This document shows, piece after piece, positions 17,168 to 25,921 of a DNA stretch of 62,152 nucleotides. The stretch spans positions 1 to 62,152 of IMG/VR virus record IMGVR_UViG_3300023178_003128; one strand, 5' to 3'. This DNA comes from a virus. Its lineage: Duplodnaviria > Caudoviricetes. Under the pieces are notes generated by a model. That model did no database searches and was not told the origin of the DNA. It worked only from the letters and a program-made list of their open reading frames with translations. The position numbers were made by a program, and so were the translations under genes. Positions within the stretch are counted from its first letter, which is position 1, and each line of letters begins with the position of its first letter.

Positions 17168-18132
17168 CTAAATCCGTTTTAATTACAGGTGTAACCGGTT
17201 ATCTTGGAAATCATGTAGCAAAAGCTTTCAAAAAGAAAGATTGGACAGTTCATGGTTTTGATAACAAACATACAACAAATCCATACCTTGATGTTTTTAC
17301 ACCAGGCGATGTAACAGACCCAGCTGCTTTAGATAGATTATTTGGAACATGGAAATTTGACATGGTTGTTCATTTAGCGGCTAGAATAGAAGCAGGAATA
17401 TCTGTTAAAGAACCACACACATTCTATCAAACAAACACAGGCGGAACCGCTAATGTTGTTAAAGCAATGATTGACCATGGTGTAGATAAAATTGTATTCT
17501 CATCAACCGCTGCTGTTTATAAAACAAAAGAAGAACCTATCAAAGAAACGGACCCTTTAGAATTTAATTCACCTTATGGACATTCTAAGCAAATGGCTGA
17601 AGAAATCATTCAGAGGTCTGGATTAAAATATACAATATTTCGTTTTTTCAATTTAACAGGCGCTGATCCTGATGGTGAATTTGGTGAAGCACATGAACCA
17701 GAAACACATTTAATACCAAGATTAATAATGAACCAAGAAAATGGCAAATTCATTATAAATGGTACAGATTATCCAACAGAAGACGGAACTAATGTAAGAG
17801 ATTATGTTCATGTTACAGATGTTGCTGAGGCTATCTATGATGGCGCTAGACATTTAAATTCAAGCGGACAATCTGATATATTTAATCTTGGATGTGGCAC
17901 AGGTTATGGTATCATGCAAATTATAGATGAACTAGAAATCTGTTCGGGTAAAAAAGTAAAATATAAAATTGGTCCTAGAAGACAAGGCGATGCCGTTAGT
18001 CTTATAGCTGACATAACAAAAGCGAAGGAGGTTTTAAACTATACTAGGAGATTTGATATCGTTTCTATCCTAAATACTGCATATAAATGGCATAATAGAG
18101 ATACAGATGAAGAAACGACCTCAAAAGTATAA
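17164..18132 (+). CDS. galE: UDP-glucose 4-epimerase (extended SDR)
   Basis: LITGVTGYLG, FSSTAAVY, PYGHSK, ETHLIP, DGTNVRDYVHV; TTG start after AGGAG. Confidence 0.88.
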   Translation: MTKSVLITGVTGYLGNHVAKAFKKKDWTVHGFDNKHTTNPYLDVFTPGDVTDPAALDRLFGTWKFDMVVHLAARIEAGISVKEPHTFYQTNTGGTANVVKAMIDHGVDKIVFSSTAAVYKTKEEPIKETDPLEFNSPYGHSKQMAEEIIQRSGLKYTIFRFFNLTGADPDGEFGEAHEPETHLIPRLIMNQENGKFIINGTDYPTEDGTNVRDYVHVTDVAEAIYDGARHLNSSGQSDIFNLGCGTGYGIMQIIDELEICSGKKVKYKIGPRRQGDAVSLIADITKAKEVLNYTRRFDIVSILNTAYKWHNRDTDEETTSKV

Positions 18133-18712
18133 ACCACCTAATGCTGTAGATAAAGATTTAGATGATTTTCTTTTATCATCTGAACGAATAAACACAGCAC
18201 TGTTAAATAATCACATTAATTTTTTAACAGGCGAAATTAACGAAGAAAATACAACAGAGATTATCCGTTGGATTGCTTATGAGAATACATTAGCAACCGA
18301 AGTGCCTTTGACATTGTTTATCAATTCAACAGGAGGAAGTTTGACTGATGCGTTTGCATTGATTGATATCATGCACAACTCACACCGTAAGATAAGAACT
18401 TTTGGAATTGGTAATATAATGAGTGCAGCTTTTCTAATCTTTACATCTGGAATGAAAGGTGAAAGATACATAGGAAAGAATACAAGTATAATGTGCCATC
18501 AATATACTGGTGAAATTTATGGAAAACACCACGACTTGACAGCACAATATAAAGAGACTGAATCTTTAAATCAAAGAATGGTTGAAGTATTAAAACAGGC
18601 TACATATTTGGATGAACGAACAATTAAAAAAAGATTGTTACCACCATCTGATGTTTGGCTTTCACCAGATGAAATTATTGATTTGGGTATTGCAGACCGC
18701 TTAATAAGTTAG
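18107..18712 (+). CDS. clpP: ClpP-family serine protease
   Basis: LFINSTGGS, IMSAA (Ser), IMCHQ (His), DVWLSPDE...GIAD (Asp). Confidence 0.85.
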   Translation: MKKRPQKYKPPNAVDKDLDDFLLSSERINTALLNNHINFLTGEINEENTTEIIRWIAYENTLATEVPLTLFINSTGGSLTDAFALIDIMHNSHRKIRTFGIGNIMSAAFLIFTSGMKGERYIGKNTSIMCHQYTGEIYGKHHDLTAQYKETESLNQRMVEVLKQATYLDERTIKKRLLPPSDVWLSPDEIIDLGIADRLIS

Positions 18713-18721
18713 GGGTAAAAA

Positions 18722-18871
18722 ATGGAATCAGCTATAAGGTTTTTTCAAAGCAGAATAATCCAACTTACTTTTGAAATAGAAGAAAGAGAAACTGAAATTA
18801 AAAAGTATGAAGCGTTGATTAATGAGGTGGAAAAAGAAAATAGCAAAGAACAACAACTTACATTATTTTAA
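18722..18871 (+). CDS. 49-aa coiled-coil protein ending QQLTLF (not in ORF track)
   Basis: AGGGG RBS; MESAIRFFQSRIIQLTFEIEERETEIKKYEALINEVEKENSKEQQLTLF*; fills the intergenic gap. Confidence 0.65.
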   Translation: MESAIRFFQSRIIQLTFEIEERETEIKKYEALINEVEKENSKEQQLTLF

Positions 18872-18874
18872 ATT

Positions 18875-19120
18875 ATGAAAAATGAAAAACATGAAATTCT
18901 GACCATTTTAATGGAGGAATGTGCTGAGGCTTCAATTGAAGCATCAAAAATAATTAGATTTGATAATGGATATGATAGACTGGAATCTGAACTAGGAGAT
19001 ATCTATTGTATGATAGAAATCTTAATAGAACACGGCCTTATCAAAAAAGAGCATTTAGAAAGTTGTGCTCAAGCAAAACGCATGAAACTTCGTCAGTGGA
19101 GTGATATTAAAAATTTATAA
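18875..19120 (+). CDS. MazG-like NTP pyrophosphohydrolase
   Basis: EECAE...SK and LESELGD motifs. Confidence 0.7.
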   Translation: MKNEKHEILTILMEECAEASIEASKIIRFDNGYDRLESELGDIYCMIEILIEHGLIKKEHLESCAQAKRMKLRQWSDIKNL

Positions 19121-19794
19121 TGGATTTAATAAATCAAGATTTTAAAAATCAAATTAGAAACCAATATCTTACGGAAAATGTTTCTTTATTTCTATATTCA
19201 CTAATTCAGACCTGTAGGCCAAAAAATATTATAGAATTTGGAACGGGTTATTCAACTCTTTTTATTTCACAAGCAATCAATGATATTAAAAATGAAAATC
19301 CTAAATTTATTGAATATTTAAGAGATAATGATTATTCAACAGATGATTATTTAAGTCATACAAAATTTTATAATCCAAAATTTACAGTCGTTGATAATTT
19401 TAGTGATGGATCTGCTATACACGAAACGGCCGATATTTTAAAAAATAATTCTTTAGATGATAACATCACATTTGTAAATCAAGATATATTTGATTTTATT
19501 AAAACAGATAATGAGCTTTATGATTTTGTTTGGCTTGATGCTGGTGGTGCTGAAGAATATATGAGAATCACTGAACATTTCTTACAAAAGCTTCCACCAA
19601 ATGGAATAATAATTATTCATAGTACCGTTGGAAATCTTATGGGTAAATTATTTGTAAGTGAGTTGAAAATGAATCATATGGGAAACCATAATATAGAAAT
19701 TATGACTTTTGAAGAACCGCATAAAAAAATTCAAAATAGTTTTACCGTTTTGAAAAGACAGGGGCACTATAAAGTGTATTCTGTGAATGCTTAA
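19120..19794 (+). CDS. class I SAM-dependent methyltransferase
   Basis: IIEFGTGYST, YDFVWLDAG, L.PNGIIIIH. Confidence 0.8.
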   Translation: MDLINQDFKNQIRNQYLTENVSLFLYSLIQTCRPKNIIEFGTGYSTLFISQAINDIKNENPKFIEYLRDNDYSTDDYLSHTKFYNPKFTVVDNFSDGSAIHETADILKNNSLDDNITFVNQDIFDFIKTDNELYDFVWLDAGGAEEYMRITEHFLQKLPPNGIIIIHSTVGNLMGKLFVSELKMNHMGNHNIEIMTFEEPHKKIQNSFTVLKRQGHYKVYSVNA

Positions 19795-19812
19795 TTTTAT
19801 AATGGAGAAATT

Positions 19813-20376
19813 ATGACTTATATTTACTATAATATACAGCCGTTCAAATGTGATGCCTTCCATAACGGTGAAATGAAAACAATTACAGAAGAAAATCTAC
19901 AAGGCCAATGGTCTGTATTATTTTTCTATCCTGCTGATTTTACTTTTGTTTGTCCAACCGAACTAGGTGATTTAGCGGACAACTATGAAGAATTCCAAAA
20001 GATTGGTTGTGAGATTTATTCTATCTCAACCGATACAAACTTTACTCACATGGCGTGGCACGAAGCATCACCAACTGTGGGTAAAATTCAATATCCAATG
20101 TTAGGTGATCCTACTGGACATTTAGCAAAACAACTTGGTGTTTATATTGAGTCCAAAGGTCTTGCTGAACGAGCAACATTTGTGATTGACCCCAAAGGTC
20201 AAATTCAAATAGTTGAAATGACAGCCGGTCGTATTGGTCGAAGTGCAGAAGAACTGCTCAGAAAAGTAAAAGCCGCTCAATATGTTGAAGCAAATCCAAA
20301 CGAAGCTTGTCCTGCTAAATGGAAAGAAGGTGATACCACATTGACACCACATTTAGATTTAGTTGGCAAAATCTAA
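19813..20376 (+). CDS. ahpC: 2-Cys peroxiredoxin AhpC
   Basis: FFYPADFTFVCPTEL and EACPAKW. Confidence 0.93.
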   Translation: MTYIYYNIQPFKCDAFHNGEMKTITEENLQGQWSVLFFYPADFTFVCPTELGDLADNYEEFQKIGCEIYSISTDTNFTHMAWHEASPTVGKIQYPMLGDPTGHLAKQLGVYIESKGLAERATFVIDPKGQIQIVEMTAGRIGRSAEELLRKVKAAQYVEANPNEACPAKWKEGDTTLTPHLDLVGKI

Positions 20377-20377
20377 T

Positions 20378-20395
20378 ATGACACTTTTATGACAA
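20378..20395 (-). promoter_or_regulatory. PhoB/OmpR-family box-like direct repeat
   Basis: Minus strand TTGTCAT-AAAA-GTGTCAT, 11-bp periodicity, close to Pho-box consensus CTGTCAT-A(A/T)A(A/T)-CTGTCA(C/T). Confidence 0.4.
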
Positions 20396-20444
20396 AACTT
20401 CATTTAGGTGCCAGGCTATGAAATATTTCCTTTAAATACCTTTT

Positions 20445-20564
20445 GTGGAAAACTTAAGCATAATTCAAATTATAGTGGCCTTCGCAGTAGGCTCATTAGT
20501 AATTGGTGCTATATTAAGTTGGATATATTTAATCTGGATTTTTATAAAGGAAAAATTTTCATGA
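20445..20564 (+). CDS. possible 39-aa single-TM peptide
   Basis: GTG start; MENLSIIQIIVAFAVGSLVIGAILSWIYLIWIFIKEKFS*; ATGA overlap with the OMP; no clear RBS. Confidence 0.35.
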   Translation: MENLSIIQIIVAFAVGSLVIGAILSWIYLIWIFIKEKFS

Positions 20565-21127
20565 AGAAAATTCTATTAGCAGTATTACTTGCAACATCTC
20601 TAACTGTTATGGCAGAAGAGCAAACTAAAAAAGGTTACTATGTTGGCCTTAAATTAACACATGAAGATAATAAAAATGGCAGTGATGCTGATAAATGGGG
20701 TATGACATTTGGTAAGCATTTATATAAATGGTTAGATGCTGAAATTTATACAAGAACAAAAGATAAAGACACCGGTAGTAATGATACCAAACTTGAAGGT
20801 GCCGTGATTGGTAAGTATAAATTAACCGATAGTCTATCCGCCTATACTCGTGCCGGTATTGGTAACAAATACACACGAGATGAAGACTATGGTTATTGGA
20901 CAATTGAACCAGGTTTAAAATATAAACTCAATGATGATTGGTCAGTTAAAACGGGTGTTCGTTTCCGTGACGCTTTTCAAACAGACCATAATGCTAATGA
21001 TACAACATATAAAACAAGTGTTGGATATAAACTTACAGACGATACTTCTATCGATATGGGTTATGCCCTTAAACGAGGCGATTCAAAAACAGAAGAATTT
21101 GGTTTAGGACTTAAGTTCGAATTTTAA
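20561..21127 (+). CDS. outer-membrane beta-barrel (porin-like) protein
   Basis: Signal peptide from ATG 20561, alternating amphipathic strands, C-terminal BAM signal GLKFEF. Confidence 0.8.
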   Translation: MKKILLAVLLATSLTVMAEEQTKKGYYVGLKLTHEDNKNGSDADKWGMTFGKHLYKWLDAEIYTRTKDKDTGSNDTKLEGAVIGKYKLTDSLSAYTRAGIGNKYTRDEDYGYWTIEPGLKYKLNDDWSVKTGVRFRDAFQTDHNANDTTYKTSVGYKLTDDTSIDMGYALKRGDSKTEEFGLGLKFEF

Positions 21128-21138
21128 CCAAAAAAAGC

Positions 21139-21167
21139 TTGACAAATCTCCATTTTTCTGATACCAT
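21139..21167 (+). promoter_or_regulatory. sigma70-type promoter
   Basis: TTGACA-17nt-TACCAT with TGn. Confidence 0.65.
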
Positions 21168-21197
21168 CCAGGTGTAAAGTGAAATGGAGATTTTTTT
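21144..21197 (+). terminator. 12-bp inverted repeat; terminator and/or RBS-occluding hairpin
   Basis: AAATCTCCATTT (21144-55) / AAATGGAGATTT (21182-93) followed by Ts. Confidence 0.45.
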
Positions 21198-21404
21198 ATG
21201 GGTAAAGTAAAAGAGTTATATACAGAATATACCGAATTACTTAAAAGTGCAGACTGGTATTTTGAATATTCAGATGACCATAGAGTATGGCAATCTGGTG
21301 TTAATCAATTTCAACAACTTGAAAAAATGGCACAAGAAATTGACCCAAAATACACAATCTGGAACGAGTATGCACCAGATGCTTTTAAAGTAACAATTGA
21401 TTAA
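21198..21404 (+). CDS. hypothetical protein
   Basis: GGAG RBS; DWYFEYSDDHRVW motif. Confidence 0.65.
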   Translation: MGKVKELYTEYTELLKSADWYFEYSDDHRVWQSGVNQFQQLEKMAQEIDPKYTIWNEYAPDAFKVTID

Positions 21405-22971
21405 ATTAGGCATTCAAAAACATCATAACTGCTCTATCAGTTTGTTTGATGATAATAAACTTCTATTCTATATGGAAGAAGATAGATTATCAAAAACTAA
21501 ACATACCGGTGGAGTTCCTATAAATTCTTTAATAGAATTAAAAAAATTAAATTACAATATTGATAAAGTTTATTTAACTGGTTACAATCATAATTATGAT
21601 GAAGCTATTTTGGTGACGACTGCGGTTAGACAAATTTTAAAAATAGACCAAAAAATAGCAATTAATTGGGAAGAATATCAATACAGCCATCATACAACAC
21701 ACGCTTTTAAAGCATTTGAATCATCTGGTTTTAATGATGCAATAATTATTGTCAGCGATGGAAGAGGAAGTAGTTATGGTGTCATGGACAATGATACGAG
21801 AAACGGAATAAATTATGAATTATCTTCAATATTTTATTTTTCAAAACATATAAAAAGAACACTATTTAAACACTTATATACAGAAAACTTATCAAGATTC
21901 AAATTATTAAATATACCTTTTGAATATGAAACAAAGTTTACTGAACATTTGAGTGGTGGTAATTTATACGCTCAAGCTACAACAAAAATAGGATTAAATT
22001 CTAATGAAGAAGGTAAGTTTATGGGTTTGGCTGCGTATGGCAAATATGATAAACGATACGATAAAAATTTTAGATATGAAGAATTACAAAAACTTAAAAT
22101 TGATAATTTTGCTAACTTTGCTTTTACAATCCAATCTAATTTAGAAGAATATAGAAAAAATCTTTTACTTAAAGCTTTAGAACATAAAATGACAAATAAT
22201 ATTGTATTAACAGGTGGTGTAGCTTTAAATGTTGTTTCAAATTACAAACTTAAACAAACTTTCAATGAACTTAATTTTTATGTTGAACCCATGTGTGGTG
22301 ATGAAGGCAATTCAATTGGAATTGTTAATTTTTTAGGTGGAACAAATACAGGTAAGTTAAAAGATATTTACATTGTTGGAAATAATCCTATCTATCATAC
22401 CAATTTTGAAGGTTTCAATTTTATTGATGTGAAAGAAAAAGATATTGTTGATTTATTATGTAAAAAAAATATGGTTTGTATATTTCAAGGAAAAGCTGAA
22501 GCTGGCCCAAGAGGTTTAGGAAACAGAAGTATTTTATTTGACCCTAGAGTAAAAAACGGAAAAGACATAGTTAATAAAGTTAAAAAACGAGAAGAGTATA
22601 GGCCTTTTGCTTGTTCAATTATGCATGAATTCGCTAATGATTGGTTTGACATGGCCGGTTTAGATGAATCACCATTTATGATGTATGCTGTGCAAGCTAA
22701 AAAAGATATTAAGAAAAAAATACCATCAGTTATACATGAAGACAATACTTGTAGAGTTCAGACGGTTAAAAGTGAGCAGAATAAAGCTTTATATGATTTA
22801 TTAAAAGCTTTTAATGAAAAAACTGGTGTTCCAGTTTTGTTTAACACATCGTTTAATTTAGCAGGAGAAACAATAGTTCATACTTTAGAAGATGCAATAG
22901 ACACGCTCAGGCGCTCCAAACTAAAATATCTTTACTTACCCGAACTTAAAAAATTGGCAATAAAAGCTTGA
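21397..22971 (+). CDS. carbamoyltransferase (NodU/CmcH family)
   Basis: EEDRLS..KH, HH..HA, DGRG, EGKFMGLAAYG, GGVALNV..N, EAGPRGLGNRS, KKRE.YRPFA, NTSFN. Confidence 0.92.
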   Translation: MIKLGIQKHHNCSISLFDDNKLLFYMEEDRLSKTKHTGGVPINSLIELKKLNYNIDKVYLTGYNHNYDEAILVTTAVRQILKIDQKIAINWEEYQYSHHTTHAFKAFESSGFNDAIIIVSDGRGSSYGVMDNDTRNGINYELSSIFYFSKHIKRTLFKHLYTENLSRFKLLNIPFEYETKFTEHLSGGNLYAQATTKIGLNSNEEGKFMGLAAYGKYDKRYDKNFRYEELQKLKIDNFANFAFTIQSNLEEYRKNLLLKALEHKMTNNIVLTGGVALNVVSNYKLKQTFNELNFYVEPMCGDEGNSIGIVNFLGGTNTGKLKDIYIVGNNPIYHTNFEGFNFIDVKEKDIVDLLCKKNMVCIFQGKAEAGPRGLGNRSILFDPRVKNGKDIVNKVKKREEYRPFACSIMHEFANDWFDMAGLDESPFMMYAVQAKKDIKKKIPSVIHEDNTCRVQTVKSEQNKALYDLLKAFNEKTGVPVLFNTSFNLAGETIVHTLEDAIDTLRRSKLKYLYLPELKKLAIKA

Positions 22972-22996
22972 CATAAAAGACATTTTGTGTTAGGAT
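22968..22996 (+). promoter_or_regulatory. sigma70-type promoter
   Basis: TTGACA-17nt-TAGGAT with TGn. Confidence 0.65.
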
Positions 22997-23003
22997 TTAT
23001 ATT

Positions 23004-23315
23004 ATGATAATTTATGTTAAAAATACATATAAACCTATGCGTAAGTCCAAAAAGCGTGTAGATGTATCTAAACGACCATCAAAAGTCAAAATAGTTCCTA
23101 TGCAGACACATTTCAATCCAGTTGTAAGTGGTGTTTTACATAGAGAAACTCCAAACTATCCTAGTTTATCAACAAATGGTGGCTCAACAACCAAATCACA
23201 AAGAAATGTCTATACTGGTGATAATATGATTGGTATAGGCACATTACACAAATCTAATGCTGTTCCTATCTTCAAAAAAGAAGATATGGAAGACCAGGCT
23301 AAAATGAGGAGATAA
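23004..23315 (+). CDS. hypothetical protein of T4-like phage type
   Basis: YTGDNMIGIGTLHKSNAVPIF motif. Confidence 0.7.
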   Translation: MIIYVKNTYKPMRKSKKRVDVSKRPSKVKIVPMQTHFNPVVSGVLHRETPNYPSLSTNGGSTTKSQRNVYTGDNMIGIGTLHKSNAVPIFKKEDMEDQAKMRR

Positions 23316-23317
23316 TA

Positions 23318-23494
23318 TTGATTGAATTTATAGTATATGTATGGCTGAATACAGCTTATGATGGCAATCCTATTGTTGTGGGTAAGTTTGAGAACTGTGA
23401 ACAAGGTATGGTGATGGTGAAAAACACATATCCTAATGCCAAGGCCGCTCATTGCATACTGCCCGAATATACACCACCAGGTGGAAAAAAATAG
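23318..23494 (+). CDS. 58-aa protein with Cys pair (not in ORF track)
   Basis: GAGGAG RBS, TTG start; MIEFIVYVWLN...FENCEQG...AHCILP; resembles 3787-4029. Confidence 0.5.
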   Translation: MIEFIVYVWLNTAYDGNPIVVGKFENCEQGMVMVKNTYPNAKAAHCILPEYTPPGGKK

Positions 23495-23515
23495 GCAAAT
23501 ATAAGGTAATAATGC

Positions 23516-23544
23516 TTGACTTTTCGGTAATTTTGTGTTATCCT
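23516..23544 (+). promoter_or_regulatory. sigma70-type promoter
   Basis: TTGACT-17nt-TATCCT with TGn. Confidence 0.6.
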
Positions 23545-23578
23545 TGCCATTCACAATATAACTTTGAGGAAATATATT

Positions 23579-23938
23579 ATGAAAAAAGTGAAACTTAAAC
23601 CGTTTCAGAAATTGTTGACAGTTATGATTTCTGGAAATCCAGTAACAAAAGATGAAGTAAATACATTACTCGGCAACGAGATTTATATGTATCGTATTTC
23701 AACATACATTTGGCATATTAAAACTGTTGCAAATGGTATTGTTCGTATCATCAAAGACGGCCGAAAAGTAACATCATATCAATTGGTCAATGTTGATGAA
23801 GTTAAAGAATATATGCGTAGAGTTGGTATAATGAACACCAATTATACACCAGGCAATATCACTAAAAAACCTTCAATTTCTAAACTAGCACAATTAGATG
23901 CTGAACCGATTGTTGAAGAAAAATTACAGGTTGCCTAA
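23579..23938 (+). CDS. hypothetical basic protein
   Basis: GAGGA RBS before ATG 23579. Confidence 0.6.
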   Translation: MKKVKLKPFQKLLTVMISGNPVTKDEVNTLLGNEIYMYRISTYIWHIKTVANGIVRIIKDGRKVTSYQLVNVDEVKEYMRRVGIMNTNYTPGNITKKPSISKLAQLDAEPIVEEKLQVA

Positions 23939-24687
23939 TGAAAAAATTATTACTACCTTTATTAATCACATCAATGTTTGCTAACGCAGAAGTGGTTACG
24001 GCTGTTGGTGAATACAAATATGGTCCTGATACATCAGATGAAGTGGCTTGTGATATGGCAAGAATTATTGCAAAACAAAATGCAATATTAGATGTTGCTG
24101 GTGAAAACATCGGTGCAACTATTATTGAAAATTGCAGTAATGAAAAGTGCGATATTCAACGAGACATGATTGCTGACCAACAAGGCTATATTAAGAGTGT
24201 GGTTGAAGAAACATCACAAATAGGTAAATCGGTTGGTTATAAAAAATGCACATCAGTTATTCGTGCAGATGTTGAAAAGATTGATAATCCAATTCAATTC
24301 AGATTACAACAAACCGAGTTTAATTTTTATGAAGGTGATGAAGTTGTCATTAGTGGCACATCAAACAAACAAGGATTAGTTTTGGCGTTTGTTTATGATA
24401 ATGGTATATACCATTTCTTGGATGGCCAAATGATTACCACATCTCCAGGCAAATTTCTGTTACCATCTTCACAAGAAGATAGTTTGAAAGCTTATTTACC
24501 ACAGAATCAATTACAAAGTAAAGAGCTATTAACTGTATTGTTTATTGAGAATGATGATAGACAATATGATATCAAACCAATGTATAGTAAGATTGAGATG
24601 GAAAATCTCCTTGCAACTATACCGGTACAGAAGCGTAGAGTAATTAATGAGTTTGTTTATATTATGAAAAAAGGAAATATACTATGA
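23938..24687 (+). CDS. secreted protein (FlgT-N/LPP20-like N-terminus, possible Ig-like C-terminus)
   Basis: Signal peptide; V.A.GEY...S..AC..A...AK.NA pattern. Confidence 0.55.
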   Translation: MKKLLLPLLITSMFANAEVVTAVGEYKYGPDTSDEVACDMARIIAKQNAILDVAGENIGATIIENCSNEKCDIQRDMIADQQGYIKSVVEETSQIGKSVGYKKCTSVIRADVEKIDNPIQFRLQQTEFNFYEGDEVVISGTSNKQGLVLAFVYDNGIYHFLDGQMITTSPGKFLLPSSQEDSLKAYLPQNQLQSKELLTVLFIENDDRQYDIKPMYSKIEMENLLATIPVQKRRVINEFVYIMKKGNIL

Positions 24688-25364
24688 AAAACAAAAGTCT
24701 GATTGCCATTCTTGTTGCTTCTTTATTTGCAACAGGTTGTGGCTCGGTCAAATATACGACCGGTTTTGAGTTAGATACCAAATCTGACCCCGAAGTAGCG
24801 GAATCTGGTGTTGAAGTATCTTATCCAGAGTGGTATAATGCTGAATTAGAACAAGACGATGGTAATCTATATGCAGTTGCTACTGAATATTCAAAAGATA
24901 TGCAATTTGCTCTTGATAAAGCTACACTATCTGCTAAACGAGACCTAGCTTCTAATTTCTCATCTCATGTTAGTTCAATGATGAAAGATTATGCTACAGA
25001 GATTGGTGATTTAGATGCGGCTGTTATCCGTGAAATCGACAGAACAACAAAATTGGTTGTTGCTCAGGTTAATATGATTGGTGTTCAACGAACACATATG
25101 TCTATGATTTATGCAAAAGATGGTTATCGTGCATATGTAAAACTTAGATATGTTCCTGACCAAGCTAATCGTGTTTTATTACAAGAAGTTTGGCAAAACG
25201 AAAAACTTAAAGCTAAGTTCCAAGGTTCTAAACGATTTAAAGAACTGGAAGATTCGGTGCAAAACATTAAACAAAATGAAATAAATGAAATTCATGCAAT
25301 AACAGGAAGTCCTGATGTTGAAGTTATTCCTTATACACCAGAACCACCTGTTCAAGTTCAATAA
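24684..25364 (+). CDS. LPP20-like lipoprotein
   Basis: Lipobox ATGC; P.WY, YAVAT..S.D.Q.A.DKA.LSAK..LA. Confidence 0.65.
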   Translation: MKNKSLIAILVASLFATGCGSVKYTTGFELDTKSDPEVAESGVEVSYPEWYNAELEQDDGNLYAVATEYSKDMQFALDKATLSAKRDLASNFSSHVSSMMKDYATEIGDLDAAVIREIDRTTKLVVAQVNMIGVQRTHMSMIYAKDGYRAYVKLRYVPDQANRVLLQEVWQNEKLKAKFQGSKRFKELEDSVQNIKQNEINEIHAITGSPDVEVIPYTPEPPVQVQ

Positions 25365-25921
25365 TGAATATCTTTTATTTACATAACGATACAAAAAAAT
25401 GTGCAGAAATGCACCTTGATAAACATTCTACCAAAATGTGTATCGAGTATGCTCAATTATTATCTACCGCTCATCGTGTATTAGATGGCACAGAGTATTA
25501 CGGCAAAACAGCAAACAATCGTAATATTAAACGATGGCGGTTAGATGATGAGCGAGAACAACAGTTGATGAAAGCCTCTCATGTCAATCATCCAAGTGGT
25601 GTTTGGACGAGAGCAAATCAAAAGAACTACAAGTGGCTGTTTTCACTGTGGAAGAACCTACTGCAAGAATATACTTTTCGGTATGGAAAACAGCACGCTT
25701 GTAGCCGTTTATTGGAGTTATTAGAATCACCACCAAATAATATACCTGATGGTGATTTCTATCCTCCTACACCGGCTATGCCTGATGAGTGTAAAGTTCC
25801 TGGTAATGTCTTGGAATCGTACCATAAATATTACAACGAAAGAAAAAGACATATTGCAAAATGGACCAAAAGGAGCGTACCATCTTGGTATGAAATAGAT
25901 TATGCCGGTTTATCAGTTTAG
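25364..25921 (+). CDS. pyrimidine-dimer DNA glycosylase / DenV-like
   Basis: MNIFYL...CA..H.DKH..KM..EYAQLLSTAH and H.NHPS.VW. Confidence 0.75.
   Translation: MNIFYLHNDTKKCAEMHLDKHSTKMCIEYAQLLSTAHRVLDGTEYYGKTANNRNIKRWRLDDEREQQLMKASHVNHPSGVWTRANQKNYKWLFSLWKNLLQEYTFRYGKQHACSRLLELLESPPNNIPDGDFYPPTPAMPDECKVPGNVLESYHKYYNERKRHIAKWTKRSVPSWYEIDYAGLSV

Noticed and set aside
20408-20560. ORF-track N-terminal extension of the beta-barrel protein
   Set aside because: The signal peptide and AAGGA RBS point to ATG 20561.
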